This document shows positions 27,101 to 36,948 of a DNA stretch of 64,000 bases, in pieces. Numbering within the stretch: position 1 is the first letter of the stretch; each line of letters begins with the position of its first letter. The notes below the pieces were generated by a model. The model saw nothing but the letters and a program-made list of their open reading frames with translations. It did no database searches and was not told the origin of the DNA. The translations under genes and the position numbers were made by a program. Location of the stretch: the NCBI GenBank assembly GCA_002269645.1, contig NIVC01000869.1, positions 359,687-423,686 on the forward strand. Direction: 5' to 3'. Source of the stretch: Macrostomum lignano (taxonomy: Eukaryota).

Positions 27101-27400
27101 CTGTAATCCTAAAAATTGCAAAGACCCTTGTATACGATTTTTATTACAATCATGCTCAGGTTTACCATTCACTAGCCAGTGCTCGAGTACTCGCAGGAGA
27201 TACAGATAGCCTAATGCTGGCTCTAGTCATGAGTAAACCGAACGAGACTCCTTGCGATACGTTTTTCAAAGATTTGGCAGAAAATGTTTTGCTAGACACG
27301 AGCAACTATTCTCCAAAGCATGCCCTGTACTCGACAAAGCACAATGGTCAACTTTTAGCAGTCTCACTTGCTTGGTATGCACTGCTTACCATAGAATCTG
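24160..27400 (+). pseudogene. Decayed protein-primed DNA polymerase B (Maverick-type), split by an insertion at about 25065-26845
   Basis: YLDASLLYSSCMIQPLPVGDF (~24525), VDPRFLHDSTADL (~24735), KKKYVVHHRALRLYLELGMHLTRVYRVIRF..ILRSYIE (~24945-25065); resumes as KNEFERDLFKLLNN (~26870), KPIIIGAVIL.IAK.LVYDFYY and GDTDSL. Confidence 0.75.
25263..26845 (-). mobile_element. Gypsy/Ty3 LTR retrotransposon 3' fragment (RNase H end, integrase, PPT, start of 3' LTR)
   Basis: RIHRW..RLRGYD..FEHIPG..N..AD.LSR; HEGHPG..R....WFPGID..V..YV..C..C; DMYSKWPE, SDNGSQF, P.GNG; polypurine tract GGAAGGGGGAGAA followed by TGTAGT at about 25279. Confidence 0.9.
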
Positions 27401-27523
27401 TGCGCAGACAGCAAGCCCCTTTGCAGTGAGACTACCTTTTTTACGGTAACACTCCTACCATCTTGTTTGTTATCATTTTCTTGCTAAACTGGTCAGTATT
27501 TACTCACTGATAACCTACACTAC

Positions 27524-28300
27524 ATGGCGTCTGCTTTTGGGATCGACTACATGACCTCTGACAGTGAAGCAAGCCTCGACTCCTACTTAACAACAGACGA
27601 GGAGCCTGGCGAGGAGGTTGGTATCGAAGAAGCACTGGATGACAATCCTCCAACGATAGAAGGGTCTGACGGCGAGGAAGGACATGAGTTTGCAGATGGC
27701 GATGCTGCTGAAGTTGAGAATGTTCGGCGACTTGTCGAGCCTGGGTCCGATGAAGGGACAGAATGTTTTGAATTTACCGGAACTGCTGGCCTAAATCCGA
27801 ACTTTTTTAACTCCTGAGGATTTTGAGAAGGATAAATAATTACTTTTACAAAATTTTCTTTCTGAAGAGCTTTTCCAATGCCTCGCTGAATGGACAAACG
27901 CCAAGATGGCCACCATGCTGATGGAACTGGATCCTGATACGGGACTGCACCGCAAGCGAGATGAAGAAGCTAGTCGGCATGCACCTGTACATGGGCCTGA
28001 ACAAAAAGTCCGAGCTACATGACTACTGGAGCACAGACGATTTTCACTGCATACCTTACTTTCAGAAGCCCGAGGCGTTAGCTCGCGATAGATTCAAACA
28101 GCTGCTGACATTTCTGCGCTTCTACGACAGCAGGGAAGAAGCAAGCGCCGACCCACTACACAAGATTCGTCCATTCATGAATCTGCTCCAAGCTTATTGC
28201 AAGAACAACTACCAGCCTGAATTTGAAGTGAGCATTGATGAGTCATTGATACTTTTTAAGGGCCGACTTTGTTTTAAACAGTACATTCCTATCAGTAAGT
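27524..28300 (+). pseudogene. piggyBac-like transposase, second 5' fragment
   Basis: EMKKLVGMHLYMG..K.SELHDYWST; RDRFKQLLTFLRF; DPLHKIRP; VSIDESLILFKGR..FKQYIP; breaks off about 60 bp before Maverick-1. Confidence 0.88.
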
Positions 28301-28360
28301 TGTAAGTATTGTGTTGGGATAGCTAATTTTAAATATATGGGCATTCTGTATAAAGAGATT

Positions 28361-28903
28361 AGTAGAAGGCATGAGGGGGCTTCTGGGACAAAATTTTTCA
28401 CGTCCTCCATAATTCCATTAAATCCATCTATATTATCCCCGACAGAATCAGAAAAAAAGGGGGGTCGCACTCGCTCACAAAACGTCCTCCATAATCCCAT
28501 TAAATCCATCCATATTATCCCTGACAGAATCAGAGCATAACAGGTGTCCTACTTGTTCCGAAAACTTCAAACATAATCCCATTATAATCCACCAACATCC
28601 ACCCATAGCATCTTCGAAACAATCAGAAAATAATCTGCATTCTTCTCCCCATGGGGCCCACATTCAATTCGCAACGTGCTACCAGATCCCTAAGACTTTA
28701 AATCATCAGCGCAGGGTCCTTACCCTTTGAAAAAAAATTAGCTCGTAATTTCTCAATAAAAATGTTTCCAGTTGTCTCTCCAGGTTCCTATTATACTCAG
28801 CCTCATCCATTGTACAAATCCAAGTACCAATGCAAACTAGAATGCAGCGAATACATGAGAAAATATTGGCCCGACGTTGATATCAATGTCCCTAATATTA
28901 ATC
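28361..28903 (+). repeat. Left TIR of Maverick-1
   Basis: Near-identical reverse complement of 43819-44351; contains an internal duplicated unit (ACGTCCTCCATAAT..AAATCCAT..GACAGAATCAGA). Confidence 0.95.
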
Positions 28904-28998
28904 AAGCACTTAAATCTCACTGGTTTGAAAAACACGGAGTAGTCATTAACAATTTTGACAGCTATTATAACTTTGCTGAAGTTATAAGGCAGTTGTAG
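28762..28998 (+). CDS. Small 78-aa ORF straddling the left TIR boundary
   Basis: ATG after an A-run as in other genes of the element; a paralog at the right end conserves the protein beyond the TIR. Confidence 0.6.
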   Translation: MFPVVSPGSYYTQPHPLYKSKYQCKLECSEYMRKYWPDVDINVPNINQALKSHWFEKHGVVINNFDSYYNFAEVIRQL

Positions 28999-29334
28999 TA
29001 GCCAACTACACGGTTGTACCCTGTAGAGTGCAGACGCAAGATCTAAAAATACTGACAAAATCATGTGCAGCATATAGCGGCTCGTATTAGTTACATTTGT
29101 AAGCGATAGCTTACTGATGGTAAAGCTATTTGAACATGGCGCGAATTCCTCACATGGTGGACTAGAAAATGTCGCCATGTGCAAGGCAAGGACTTGGTGC
29201 AAGGGCGTATAAATAGCAGTTCCACTCAGCTGGCTAGAGGTGGAGCCGACCTCGCGTGGCTATGACTGACTGACGAGGGCAAAAAAGCCCAAAACCGGTC
29301 TCAGTCTGCCCCGCATGGTTCGATTCCCACTGAT

Positions 29335-29495
29335 AACATGATTTTCACGAACGTTCGTAAAAATCATGTGCAGCATAAAGCGGCTCTCAGTGGTTACATG
29401 ATTTTCACGAACGTTCGTAAAAATCATGTGCAGCATAAAGCGGCTCTCAGTGGTTACATGATTTTCACGAACGTTCGTAAAAATCATGTGCATAA
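29335..29495. repeat. 60-bp tandem repeat containing a 32-nt imperfect palindrome, about 2.6 copies
   Basis: CATGATTTTCACGAACGTTCGTAAAAATCATG repeated three times at 60-bp spacing. Confidence 0.9.
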
Positions 29496-29496
29496 C

Positions 29497-29732
29497 AAGA
29501 ATTCGCACGAATTCAACTGTGCAAAATAGCATTTTTCTGAGAAAGACTAGTGCGCAGTTGGATTCGCGCCATTTCCTGTCTTAACAGGAATTCGCACGAA
29601 TTCAACTGTACAAAATAGCATTTTTCTGAGAAAGACTAGTGCGCAGTTGGATTCGCGCTATTTCCTGTCTTAACAGGAATTCGCACGAATTCAACTGTGC
29701 AAAAAAAAGCTTTTTTTCTGAGAAAGACTAAT
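29497..29732. repeat. About 89-bp tandem repeat, about 2.5 copies
   Basis: GAATTCGCACGAATTCAACTGT...CTGAGAAAGACTA units. Confidence 0.88.
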
Positions 29733-29973
29733 GACAGACTTGTGTTTGTTATGTGCGAATACTTGCGAAGTTAACCAACTTTTGACATCGGGCATCTTTT
29801 TGTGTCCGATTTCTTTTGTGTTTTCAATCCTTTCACTAAATACTGGTTAGAAAAAAAATAATGCTTGGTCAGTCCAAAAAGCGTGAGGTTGCCTACTAAT
29901 AAGTAATATGACTAGAAAAAATATACTAAAAATTCGAAATAGAACTGAAATAAAATATTTAGTTATTTTAACA

Positions 29974-30837
29974 TCACATTCTCTCAATGATCAACGTCAG
30001 TACAAACTCTTCACCGTTGAAATCAACACCCACCCCATCTTCAGTCTCAAACTGTAGCACAATCTCGTGAATCTCCTTATTACTCAATACAACTCTTTTC
30101 ACTGGATTTGGTTTCTCTACCACCATCTGTCCTCCAGCTACAGAGTTGGAGATATTGTACAAAATATTCGTTCGCTTTCCCTTAAATACCCAATCAAGAC
30201 TGAGATTAGTTCTGATTAGAATATTCAAACCCTTTACAATGTCTGCTATATTGGGTGCTAAGAACAAACCGCGTACACTTTCCCGGGCCATGCTAACGGT
30301 CCCCAATGCTTGAGTGGCGGTCCGCGCCGCGGATTCTGCCTTATAAACTTTCTTCTCGAATCCCAGTTCCCTATACCAAGTGTCATCTTTAAACTCAACC
30401 TCCGCATCTTTGTGAACTTGCATGACCACTCTCATTACAGTGAGATCATAGGTTAGTTTGACAGGGAACAGTTTCTTCTCTGGCTTACTCGCATCAGGTG
30501 TCTCAAAATGGCCTCTCTTAGTAAAGACATTTTCTAGAAAGTTATTGTAGGTATCCACACTTTGCGTGCTCACATGGAATACCACAGGGTCTGCTGCTGC
30601 ACCTTTCCATTTGTAATAAAACTTATTATTTGCTGCCATCACATTGGGAACGTTTGACCAACCAGTGAAGTCGTTAAGATAGACATGGTAATTAGCGCCT
30701 GGATCCAGGCGAATCGCCTGCTCTAATTTTTCAACAAACATCCCGTTTGAGTCATTAATTCGCCCAGTTATTGTAATAGGAATGCTCTCCTTAGAGTGTG
30801 AAACAATGTTGTTTAGTCTTTCAGCAATCGCTTCCAT
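29974..30837 (-). CDS. Minor capsid protein (penton-like)
   Basis: IRLDP..NYHVYL.DF.GWSN.PN; NNKFYY; ILIRTNL....KGKRTNILY; EIHEI.LQF..EDG..VDFNGEE..LTL.I; adjacent to the MCP gene. Confidence 0.8.
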   Translation of the reverse strand: MEAIAERLNNIVSHSKESIPITITGRINDSNGMFVEKLEQAIRLDPGANYHVYLNDFTGWSNVPNVMAANNKFYYKWKGAAADPVVFHVSTQSVDTYNNFLENVFTKRGHFETPDASKPEKKLFPVKLTYDLTVMRVVMQVHKDAEVEFKDDTWYRELGFEKKVYKAESAARTATQALGTVSMARESVRGLFLAPNIADIVKGLNILIRTNLSLDWVFKGKRTNILYNISNSVAGGQMVVEKPNPVKRVVLSNKEIHEIVLQFETEDGVGVDFNGEEFVLTLIIERM

Positions 30838-30860
30838 TTTTTTTTCACATAAAAAAATAT

Positions 30861-32146
30861 TTAAACTTTACTCGATGAATTGTTGATCATGTTAAGCTTC
30901 ACCTTCCTCTCAAATGCATAGATAATGTACAAGTCCACGGGTGTTGCGGCAGTCCTTTCAATGTTAGTCACGATATTCACAGGGCTGTTATCAGTAGGCA
31001 TTTGTCTGGCAGACACATCAGCTCCAAACATTGGATATAGAGTTCCATATTGAAGAGCAGTGATAGCAATTCCATTGTTCTCTTTCACAGCCAAGTCGAC
31101 CAACTCGCTGTAAAATTTGCTAATCTTGTTCTGACTGAAATCTCCATTTTGTGGCAGTGCAGGGTAAAGATTATCACTGATTTCATGCTGAATGGACCGC
31201 ACGTCTCCATGCATGTAGCGTATAATGCTATTTGGGTTTCTCATATTAATAATGATATACCTTGGATTGCTGCATGATCCCTCTTTGATGCAGATGTTTG
31301 TTCTAGTTTCGTTTCGCTCATCTCGACACATGTAGGCCGTGTATGCAACATCAATGTCCTTCTCTATTGCCTTAAGATAGTCTGCTTTTAGTGCAGTCTT
31401 TGGCTCAATGACTTCCAAATACAGCTCGATTCCGGTTAGCTTCACCTCCATCCTTGTGTGGTCCGCCCCAGTCCACAACACTCTACTGCGATCATCTCTA
31501 GTCAGTCTAAATGTGTAGCTAAAGTTACTAGTCAGTCGATTAAATGTATTACAGAATCCACTCATGAATCTCAGTGGTACAAATACATCAACAGACCGAT
31601 ACTGCGGGTTCTTAGCAGCATCATCAGCACCTTGCAATGCATAGTTGTATCTCTTCTTCCTATTTTTATAACCACTGTCATTGATATCTCCTTCTTTTTC
31701 ATCTGCAATAAAACCCGCACCACTTCCCAACTGAATAAAATCAGGATTCTCGATCAAACAATGAGCGTCATAGACAATTCCAAAGTTGGCGATTCGCTCC
31801 AACTCTGTGCTCCCATTCGATACACTAAACTCCTTGAACATGTACGCCCAAAAGTTACTGATCAGAGCCACATCCGCATCATGCTTGTCAACGTTAGCAC
31901 GAGCCGCATCCGCACCACCTTTTGTCTTGAATTGAAATGTCATATGGAAGCCGCTCTTAAGACTGTGCACACTAACCAGAGACGAACATCCATTGTATGT
32001 AAATGTCAGTGTTTGACCTGGACCCAAATTAGTTTCATTCTGTTCTCGTGACTCGGAACTCTAACTTGTGTCGCTTTGATTGTGCTATCATCACTCAAAA
32101 TAGGCTTGTTAATTTTGTAGAAAACTGGTGTCAGTGGGTCGTTCAT
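30861..32146 (-). CDS. Major capsid protein (double jelly-roll), one frameshift near 32045
   Basis: Start MNDPLTPVFYKINKPILSDDSTIKA at 32146 joins by frameshift to NLGPGQTLTFTY; about 425 aa; motifs VPLRFMSGFC, PRYIII, LYPMFGADVS; context next to penton. Call rests on motif memory and synteny. Confidence 0.75.
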
Positions 32147-32176
32147 TTTTTAACTAAAAATAAAATAAAATAAGAA

Positions 32177-32776
32177 ATGAAGCGAAAAAGTACACAGCAG
32201 ATATCTGAATTGGAGAAGCTAGCACAAGCAGAGAAACGAGTTACCGGGCTAATAAATAAGGAGCAACAATCCTACAATGAGTTTGTCCAAGCAGCCACAG
32301 AGTTTCATAAACCCGGGTATGGAGAAGCTAAGAAAAATATTGATCAGGTCAAAGAAACTATCGACGACATACAGGAAACCCAAGTGCAAAAGGTTTTGGG
32401 CAAAATTCCAGAAGCACCACAGATACAGCCGCAACCACAACAACCACAACCACATCAATCACAACTAAAAGTGACAGATAACATTTTTGGACCAGTAGAG
32501 CGTGTCGAACATGATGGGAAATATGTATTTGGAATAAGTATGTGGAGAAGAAACATTTATAATGAACCAGTGGAATATTATATCGACATAAATAAGAAAC
32601 ATATTTCTGTTGTCAAAGGCTCGGAAACTAAGAGCATTCCTTTCACAGAAACCTTACTGACTTTTATGACCAAGAACCAAGAGAGAATCTCGGACAAACA
32701 GCTAAAGAACTATAGAGATCTAGTGACTTTTGCTCTTGCTAGAGATATAGCAATACTAAAGGCCCAGAAGTCCTGA
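32177..32776 (+). CDS. Maverick-1 hypothetical protein (199 aa)
   Basis: Clean ORF after an AT-rich leader; no recognised domain. Confidence 0.55.
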   Translation: MKRKSTQQISELEKLAQAEKRVTGLINKEQQSYNEFVQAATEFHKPGYGEAKKNIDQVKETIDDIQETQVQKVLGKIPEAPQIQPQPQQPQPHQSQLKVTDNIFGPVERVEHDGKYVFGISMWRRNIYNEPVEYYIDINKKHISVVKGSETKSIPFTETLLTFMTKNQERISDKQLKNYRDLVTFALARDIAILKAQKS

Positions 32777-32847
32777 GACTTACGTATGATAACGGTGTCA
32801 ACCTGACTAGATTCAAAAAGTACAATCACTTTAAACAATGGTTCGAT

Positions 32848-33228
32848 TTGCCAGATCAGGCGGAAGTCATAAAATATCTAGAACAACAACAACAACAGCA
32901 ACAACAACCACAACCACAGCAGCAGCAACATTTCACAGAAGTACTCAGGCAACTGGAAAATGCAGATCCGACTCAAGTAGCTGAATATAAGAAACAAAAC
33001 CCAACAGATTGGCAACACTTAGAACAACACTCTCCAGATCGAATGAACAGAATCAAGCAAAGAGTTTTCACACCTCAACAAAGACAGGCACCACATGACA
33101 GTTCCATCTCTGAAAGTGAGCAGTCTTTTGCATCACCTCCCCAGCAGCCACAAGCCCAACCAACTCCACAACCTCAAGACCAACCGCCCTCAACTGGAAA
33201 AGGCATGCTGAATTCTACAAGCGGTTAG
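32848..33228 (+). CDS. Maverick-1 Q-rich hypothetical protein (possibly part of a longer frameshifted ORF)
   Basis: Open frame with poly-Q; boundaries uncertain. Confidence 0.45.
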   Translation: MPDQAEVIKYLEQQQQQQQQPQPQQQQHFTEVLRQLENADPTQVAEYKKQNPTDWQHLEQHSPDRMNRIKQRVFTPQQRQAPHDSSISESEQSFASPPQQPQAQPTPQPQDQPPSTGKGMLNSTSG

Positions 33229-33387
33229 CTGTTCTTCTAGGAGCGGCAAAGACCGGAATGAAAGACGAGAATAGAAAAGAATTTGTCAACATCCTGGACA
33301 AAATGCTTGAGAGAAAATATATCGATAAAAGAGCAAGAGAACTTTTGCTTTCACGGTTTAACAAAAAATAAATTTCTATTTAAAAAG

Positions 33388-33777
33388 ATGCCAATTATTT
33401 TCGAAAAAGACATTGACAAATACTATGACAAAGAGGAACTTAATCTCATTAAACGCGGATCTGGACTTTTCCCTGCAGGCCACTATCCAAGAAAAGAACG
33501 CTCTGGGAATGGCCTTGCTGATTTGATCGCTCAGGGGGCTAAGATTTTTAAGGTCATTGGAGAGAACAAAGAGAACATCAAGAACGTTGCCGAAGCGGCT
33601 GGCAGTGTAGCCACAGCAGCCAAAAAGATAAAGGATACTGTAACACCTAAACAAGAGATTCAACCTCCACCGGCCCCGCTGGCCCCGCTGGCCCCAAATC
33701 CAGACAGTGTGGACCCTGCAGTCTATGAGAAGATGAGAGCTAGCATTAAAAAAGGAAGTGGTTTCAAATTTGACTAA
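33388..33777 (+). CDS. Putative virion core/membrane-active protein with GxG-type cleavage motifs
   Basis: RGSGL, SGNGL followed by the amphipathic-looking ADLIAQGAKIFKVIG, and C-terminal KGSGF. Confidence 0.55.
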   Translation: MPIIFEKDIDKYYDKEELNLIKRGSGLFPAGHYPRKERSGNGLADLIAQGAKIFKVIGENKENIKNVAEAAGSVATAAKKIKDTVTPKQEIQPPPAPLAPLAPNPDSVDPAVYEKMRASIKKGSGFKFD

Positions 33778-33820
33778 AGGTACTTTCCGAGGGTACAAGA
33801 AATGTAAAGGTACAAGACTA

Positions 33821-33990
33821 GTCCCAAAATGACACAATTAAGTACCAAAATGACACATTTAAGTCCCAAAATGACACATCTAAGTCCCAAAATGACACAT
33901 CTAAGTCCCAAAATGACACATCTAAGTCCCAAAATGACACATCTAAGTCCCAAAATGACACATCTAAGTCCCGAAATGACACATCTACAT
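33821..33990. repeat. 21-bp tandem repeat (GTCCCAAAATGACACATCTAA), about 8 copies
   Basis: Direct inspection; lies upstream of the ATPase start. Confidence 0.95.
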
Positions 33991-34026
33991 TATTTATTAT
34001 TTAAATTTTTTTTCATCATAGAAAAA

Positions 34027-34826
34027 ATGGACTTTTCAAACGACTTCAATCCTCACTGGACACGTAATCAGATTAAGTTTTCTCATCATGAGTCAATCCC
34101 GAGTCACTTCAGATGCATTTTTGTTGGTTCATCAGGTTCAGGTAAAACATTCAGAGTCTTTAACATGCTTCTTAGACCTGGCTTTATCGACTATGACACT
34201 CTGCACATCTACTCTCCCACACTGTATCAAGATGAGTATAGAATGCTGATTGCAGGGCTTCAAAACAAGCTGAACAAAGAGGACATTATTGCATGTTTTA
34301 ATAACCAACAAATCCTTCCCAGCAACCCAGAAATTGTAGCTGCCGAATATGCAAAGCACCTCAAAGACAATGAAAAATGGCAGAACATTAAAGTGTTCAC
34401 CTATGGAGATCCACAGGCTGATCCAAAGACCAAACTTCTACCCCAACCAGATGAGCTAGAAAAGGGGAGAAAGCATTTGATCGTCTTTGATGATTGTATG
34501 ACAGGCCCACAGAAGCAGATAGAAAACTATTTTACAAGAGGCGACATAACAATTGTAATGTAATTTACATTGCACAGAATTGGTTCGAGCTCCCGAACAA
34601 AACAATTCGTGGGAACTGCAATCTGATTCTCCTGTTTCCAACCATTCCACAGGACAGGTTAAAAAGATTTTACAATGAGGTCATTGCGCCTGCCTATTTC
34701 ATAAATCCAACAAAAAACTCAAGCAGAAAGATTTCACAAGAGGAATTCGTTAATCTTTGCTATGACAAGTGGAATCAGCCTTACCAGTTTGTGATTATCA
34801 GCAAAGAAAAAAGAACTGTAATTTAA
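34027..34826 (+). CDS. DNA packaging ATPase (A32/FtsK-HerA type), one frameshift near 34545
   Basis: Walker A VGSSGSGKT, Walker B LIVFDDC, then G|RHNN..VIYIAQNWF..KTIR.N in the next frame. Confidence 0.92.
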
Positions 34827-34842
34827 AATTTGCTATTAAAAG

Positions 34843-35450
34843 ATGTCGATAAACTTTGCAGGTGAATCCATTTCTGGCAACAGCGCTCTTACATCAGCTC
34901 AGATATCCATCCTTGACAGGCGATATATCAACAGCGACGAAAAGATCCCAGAGATCAAACTGAATAAAAACAGACTGAAAACCCTAGAGCGCTCCATGCA
35001 CCAGTTGCAAATAAACATGGAAGATCTCAGGCTTAAAGTAGCTAGGCAGAAGTTTGAAAGTGAAAGCTTTATGTGCCGTTGTTAAACGCAACTAATGAAC
35101 TAAGGTCAGAAATAACTTCGATAGTCTCGCTAATCAACGGCTTGAGATCATCAGTTAATCTTCTGGGAAATTCCACTGATAGACGGATGCGTATTCTCGA
35201 AGGAGGAGTTTTCACAAACACAGCTAAAGTAAATAATTTAGAAGAGTTCATGAACCAGTCAACAGCGTTGCATGATAGAATTAAAGAAAACGTCGCAACC
35301 AACACAGTTAAAGTCAATAATTTAGAAGAGTTCATGACTCAGTCAACATCGTTGCATGATCGAATCAAAGAAAGACTTGAAGCATTAAAGAGAAAGGATG
35401 TATCACACAGTAGCTATCTAAACGGAATGTATAGCTTTGGGGTAAAATAA
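34843..35450 (+). CDS. Coiled-coil hypothetical protein (two overlapping ORFs, probably one frameshifted gene)
   Basis: 34843-35085 and 35073-35450 overlap; internal repeat TAKVNNLEEFMNQST / TVKVNNLEEFMTQST. Confidence 0.45.
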
Positions 35451-35751
35451 TAAGGAGGCTTGATCGTCTGGAGAGAACACTCAATCTTCGTGATATTGCT
35501 ATTGATGAAGCAGAATCTGCTGCTCGTCCGGTCATGTCTACAGATCGAGTAGAAGGAGCTCTGGACCCCGCCGGAGTAATCCGGCACGCTCTCAAACGTC
35601 AGCCGCCCAGCCGCTGCCTGCTGGACTCGCGATCCTCCGGCGTCACGAGAGCCGCCTAGACAACCGGCGGTGCAGATGGAATTATCAAAAAGAAAACAGA
35701 TCTTTCAACCGGATAGTTTTTTATTTTTTTTTATTTTTTCTAGAGAAAAAA

Positions 35752-36489
35752 ATGGCCCAACAAAATTCTCTATACGATCAGTCTCAATACGTTGAACCTA
35801 AAATACCGACAGCACCAAACTCAATGGCACCGAATTCGAACACACAAAACCTGGCACCGAATCTGAATGCACCCCAATATGAGCAACAAAAACTCTACCC
35901 TGTCATTACTTGTAACTCTCAGCAGTTTCGACTGGTGGAGATTCAAAAAATGCGAGATGATCTTGAAAAAAATATTTTCCATAACACAAAGAAAATTAAG
36001 CGCTATGACAACCACTGTAAATTTTTCGACTACAGCAATATGATTCTAGGATCTGTGTCTGTTCTATCTGGATCTGCTGCGGCTGTCTCAACGTTGCCAG
36101 CCATCACAGTCCCAATCGCAATTCCACTTGGTTCAGTAGGTGCTGCATGTGGACTTATTTCAGCAATTACTGGAGCAGTAGCGCGAAACAGGCGAAAAAA
36201 ACTAAAGCAGCTACAGGAGAAGCAAGTAAAAGAGAAAGGGGTGCACACTTCAATCATAGGGTACATTTCAAGGGCAATCGATGATAAGTTCATTTCAGAG
36301 GATGAGTTCAAAACCATTCAGGATCTTTATGAACAATCAATTCGAATGAACTTGAACATGGTCGGTACTGATGACATGAGTCAGCTGAGAAATGAACTCG
36401 AGAAAGTTCTTCAACATTATGCGGAAAGAAATTCGGCAAAAAATTCGGCAAGAAATTCGGTAAGAAGGACGACGAGAAATGTACAATGA
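35752..36489 (+). CDS. Conserved Maverick membrane protein with hydrophobic hairpin (resembles the adintovirus family termed gasderminX)
   Basis: FRL.EI...; KKIKRY; two hydrophobic Gly/Ala/Ser-rich helices; basic RRKKLK; ISRAIDD..ISEDEF. Family name is from memory of the pattern, not a search. Confidence 0.6.
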   Translation: MAQQNSLYDQSQYVEPKIPTAPNSMAPNSNTQNLAPNLNAPQYEQQKLYPVITCNSQQFRLVEIQKMRDDLEKNIFHNTKKIKRYDNHCKFFDYSNMILGSVSVLSGSAAAVSTLPAITVPIAIPLGSVGAACGLISAITGAVARNRRKKLKQLQEKQVKEKGVHTSIIGYISRAIDDKFISEDEFKTIQDLYEQSIRMNLNMVGTDDMSQLRNELEKVLQHYAERNSAKNSARNSVRRTTRNVQ

Positions 36490-36493
36490 ACTT

Positions 36494-36895
36494 TTATGAA
36501 ACACAGGTACGAATAATTTCCTTGTAGGTCTTTCGTGTTTTGGTCATTGCATACAAAACAGTCATGCACAGCTCACCGCAAATATCACTGCTAAGACCTT
36601 GGAGAATAAAGTCTGAGCGATAAATTTTTTTATTCTTTTTTCCCTTCATATAATTTCTTAGCTCTTCTGGTACTGCCGTCCCATAGCTATCAAAGTAATA
36701 ACACTTGTGCTTGCGATCGGGATCAATCACCCAGCAAACCCAATGAGATCCTGGCTTGTCGGTGGTGTCAAAGTTCATGATGCCGCATTCCTTTCTTAGA
36801 GGAAAATCAGGCAGATTGTCCCTCATAAATATTCCTCTAAAGTTTGGGATTTCCAGTTCGTTAGCCAAATCTTCAAGAAAGTTATTTGTTGTCAT
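36494..36895 (-). CDS. Adenain-like cysteine protease
   Basis: FRGIFMRD; GIMN.D...GSHWVC; YYFDSYG; LQ...SDICGELC (His, Asp, Gln, Cys). Confidence 0.92.
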   Translation of the reverse strand: MTTNNFLEDLANELEIPNFRGIFMRDNLPDFPLRKECGIMNFDTTDKPGSHWVCWVIDPDRKHKCYYFDSYGTAVPEELRNYMKGKKNKKIYRSDFILQGLSSDICGELCMTVLYAMTKTRKTYKEIIRTCVS

Positions 36896-36948
36896 TTTTT
36901 ATGAGGTTTATTAAACTTTCTCTTAAACCTAAACCCAACCTCCACCTC

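Noticed and set aside
33829-34026. MTHLSPK repeat as an N-terminal extension of the ATPase
   Set aside because: It is the translation of a 21-bp tandem repeat. The ATG at 34027 after an A-run matches the start context of other element genes.
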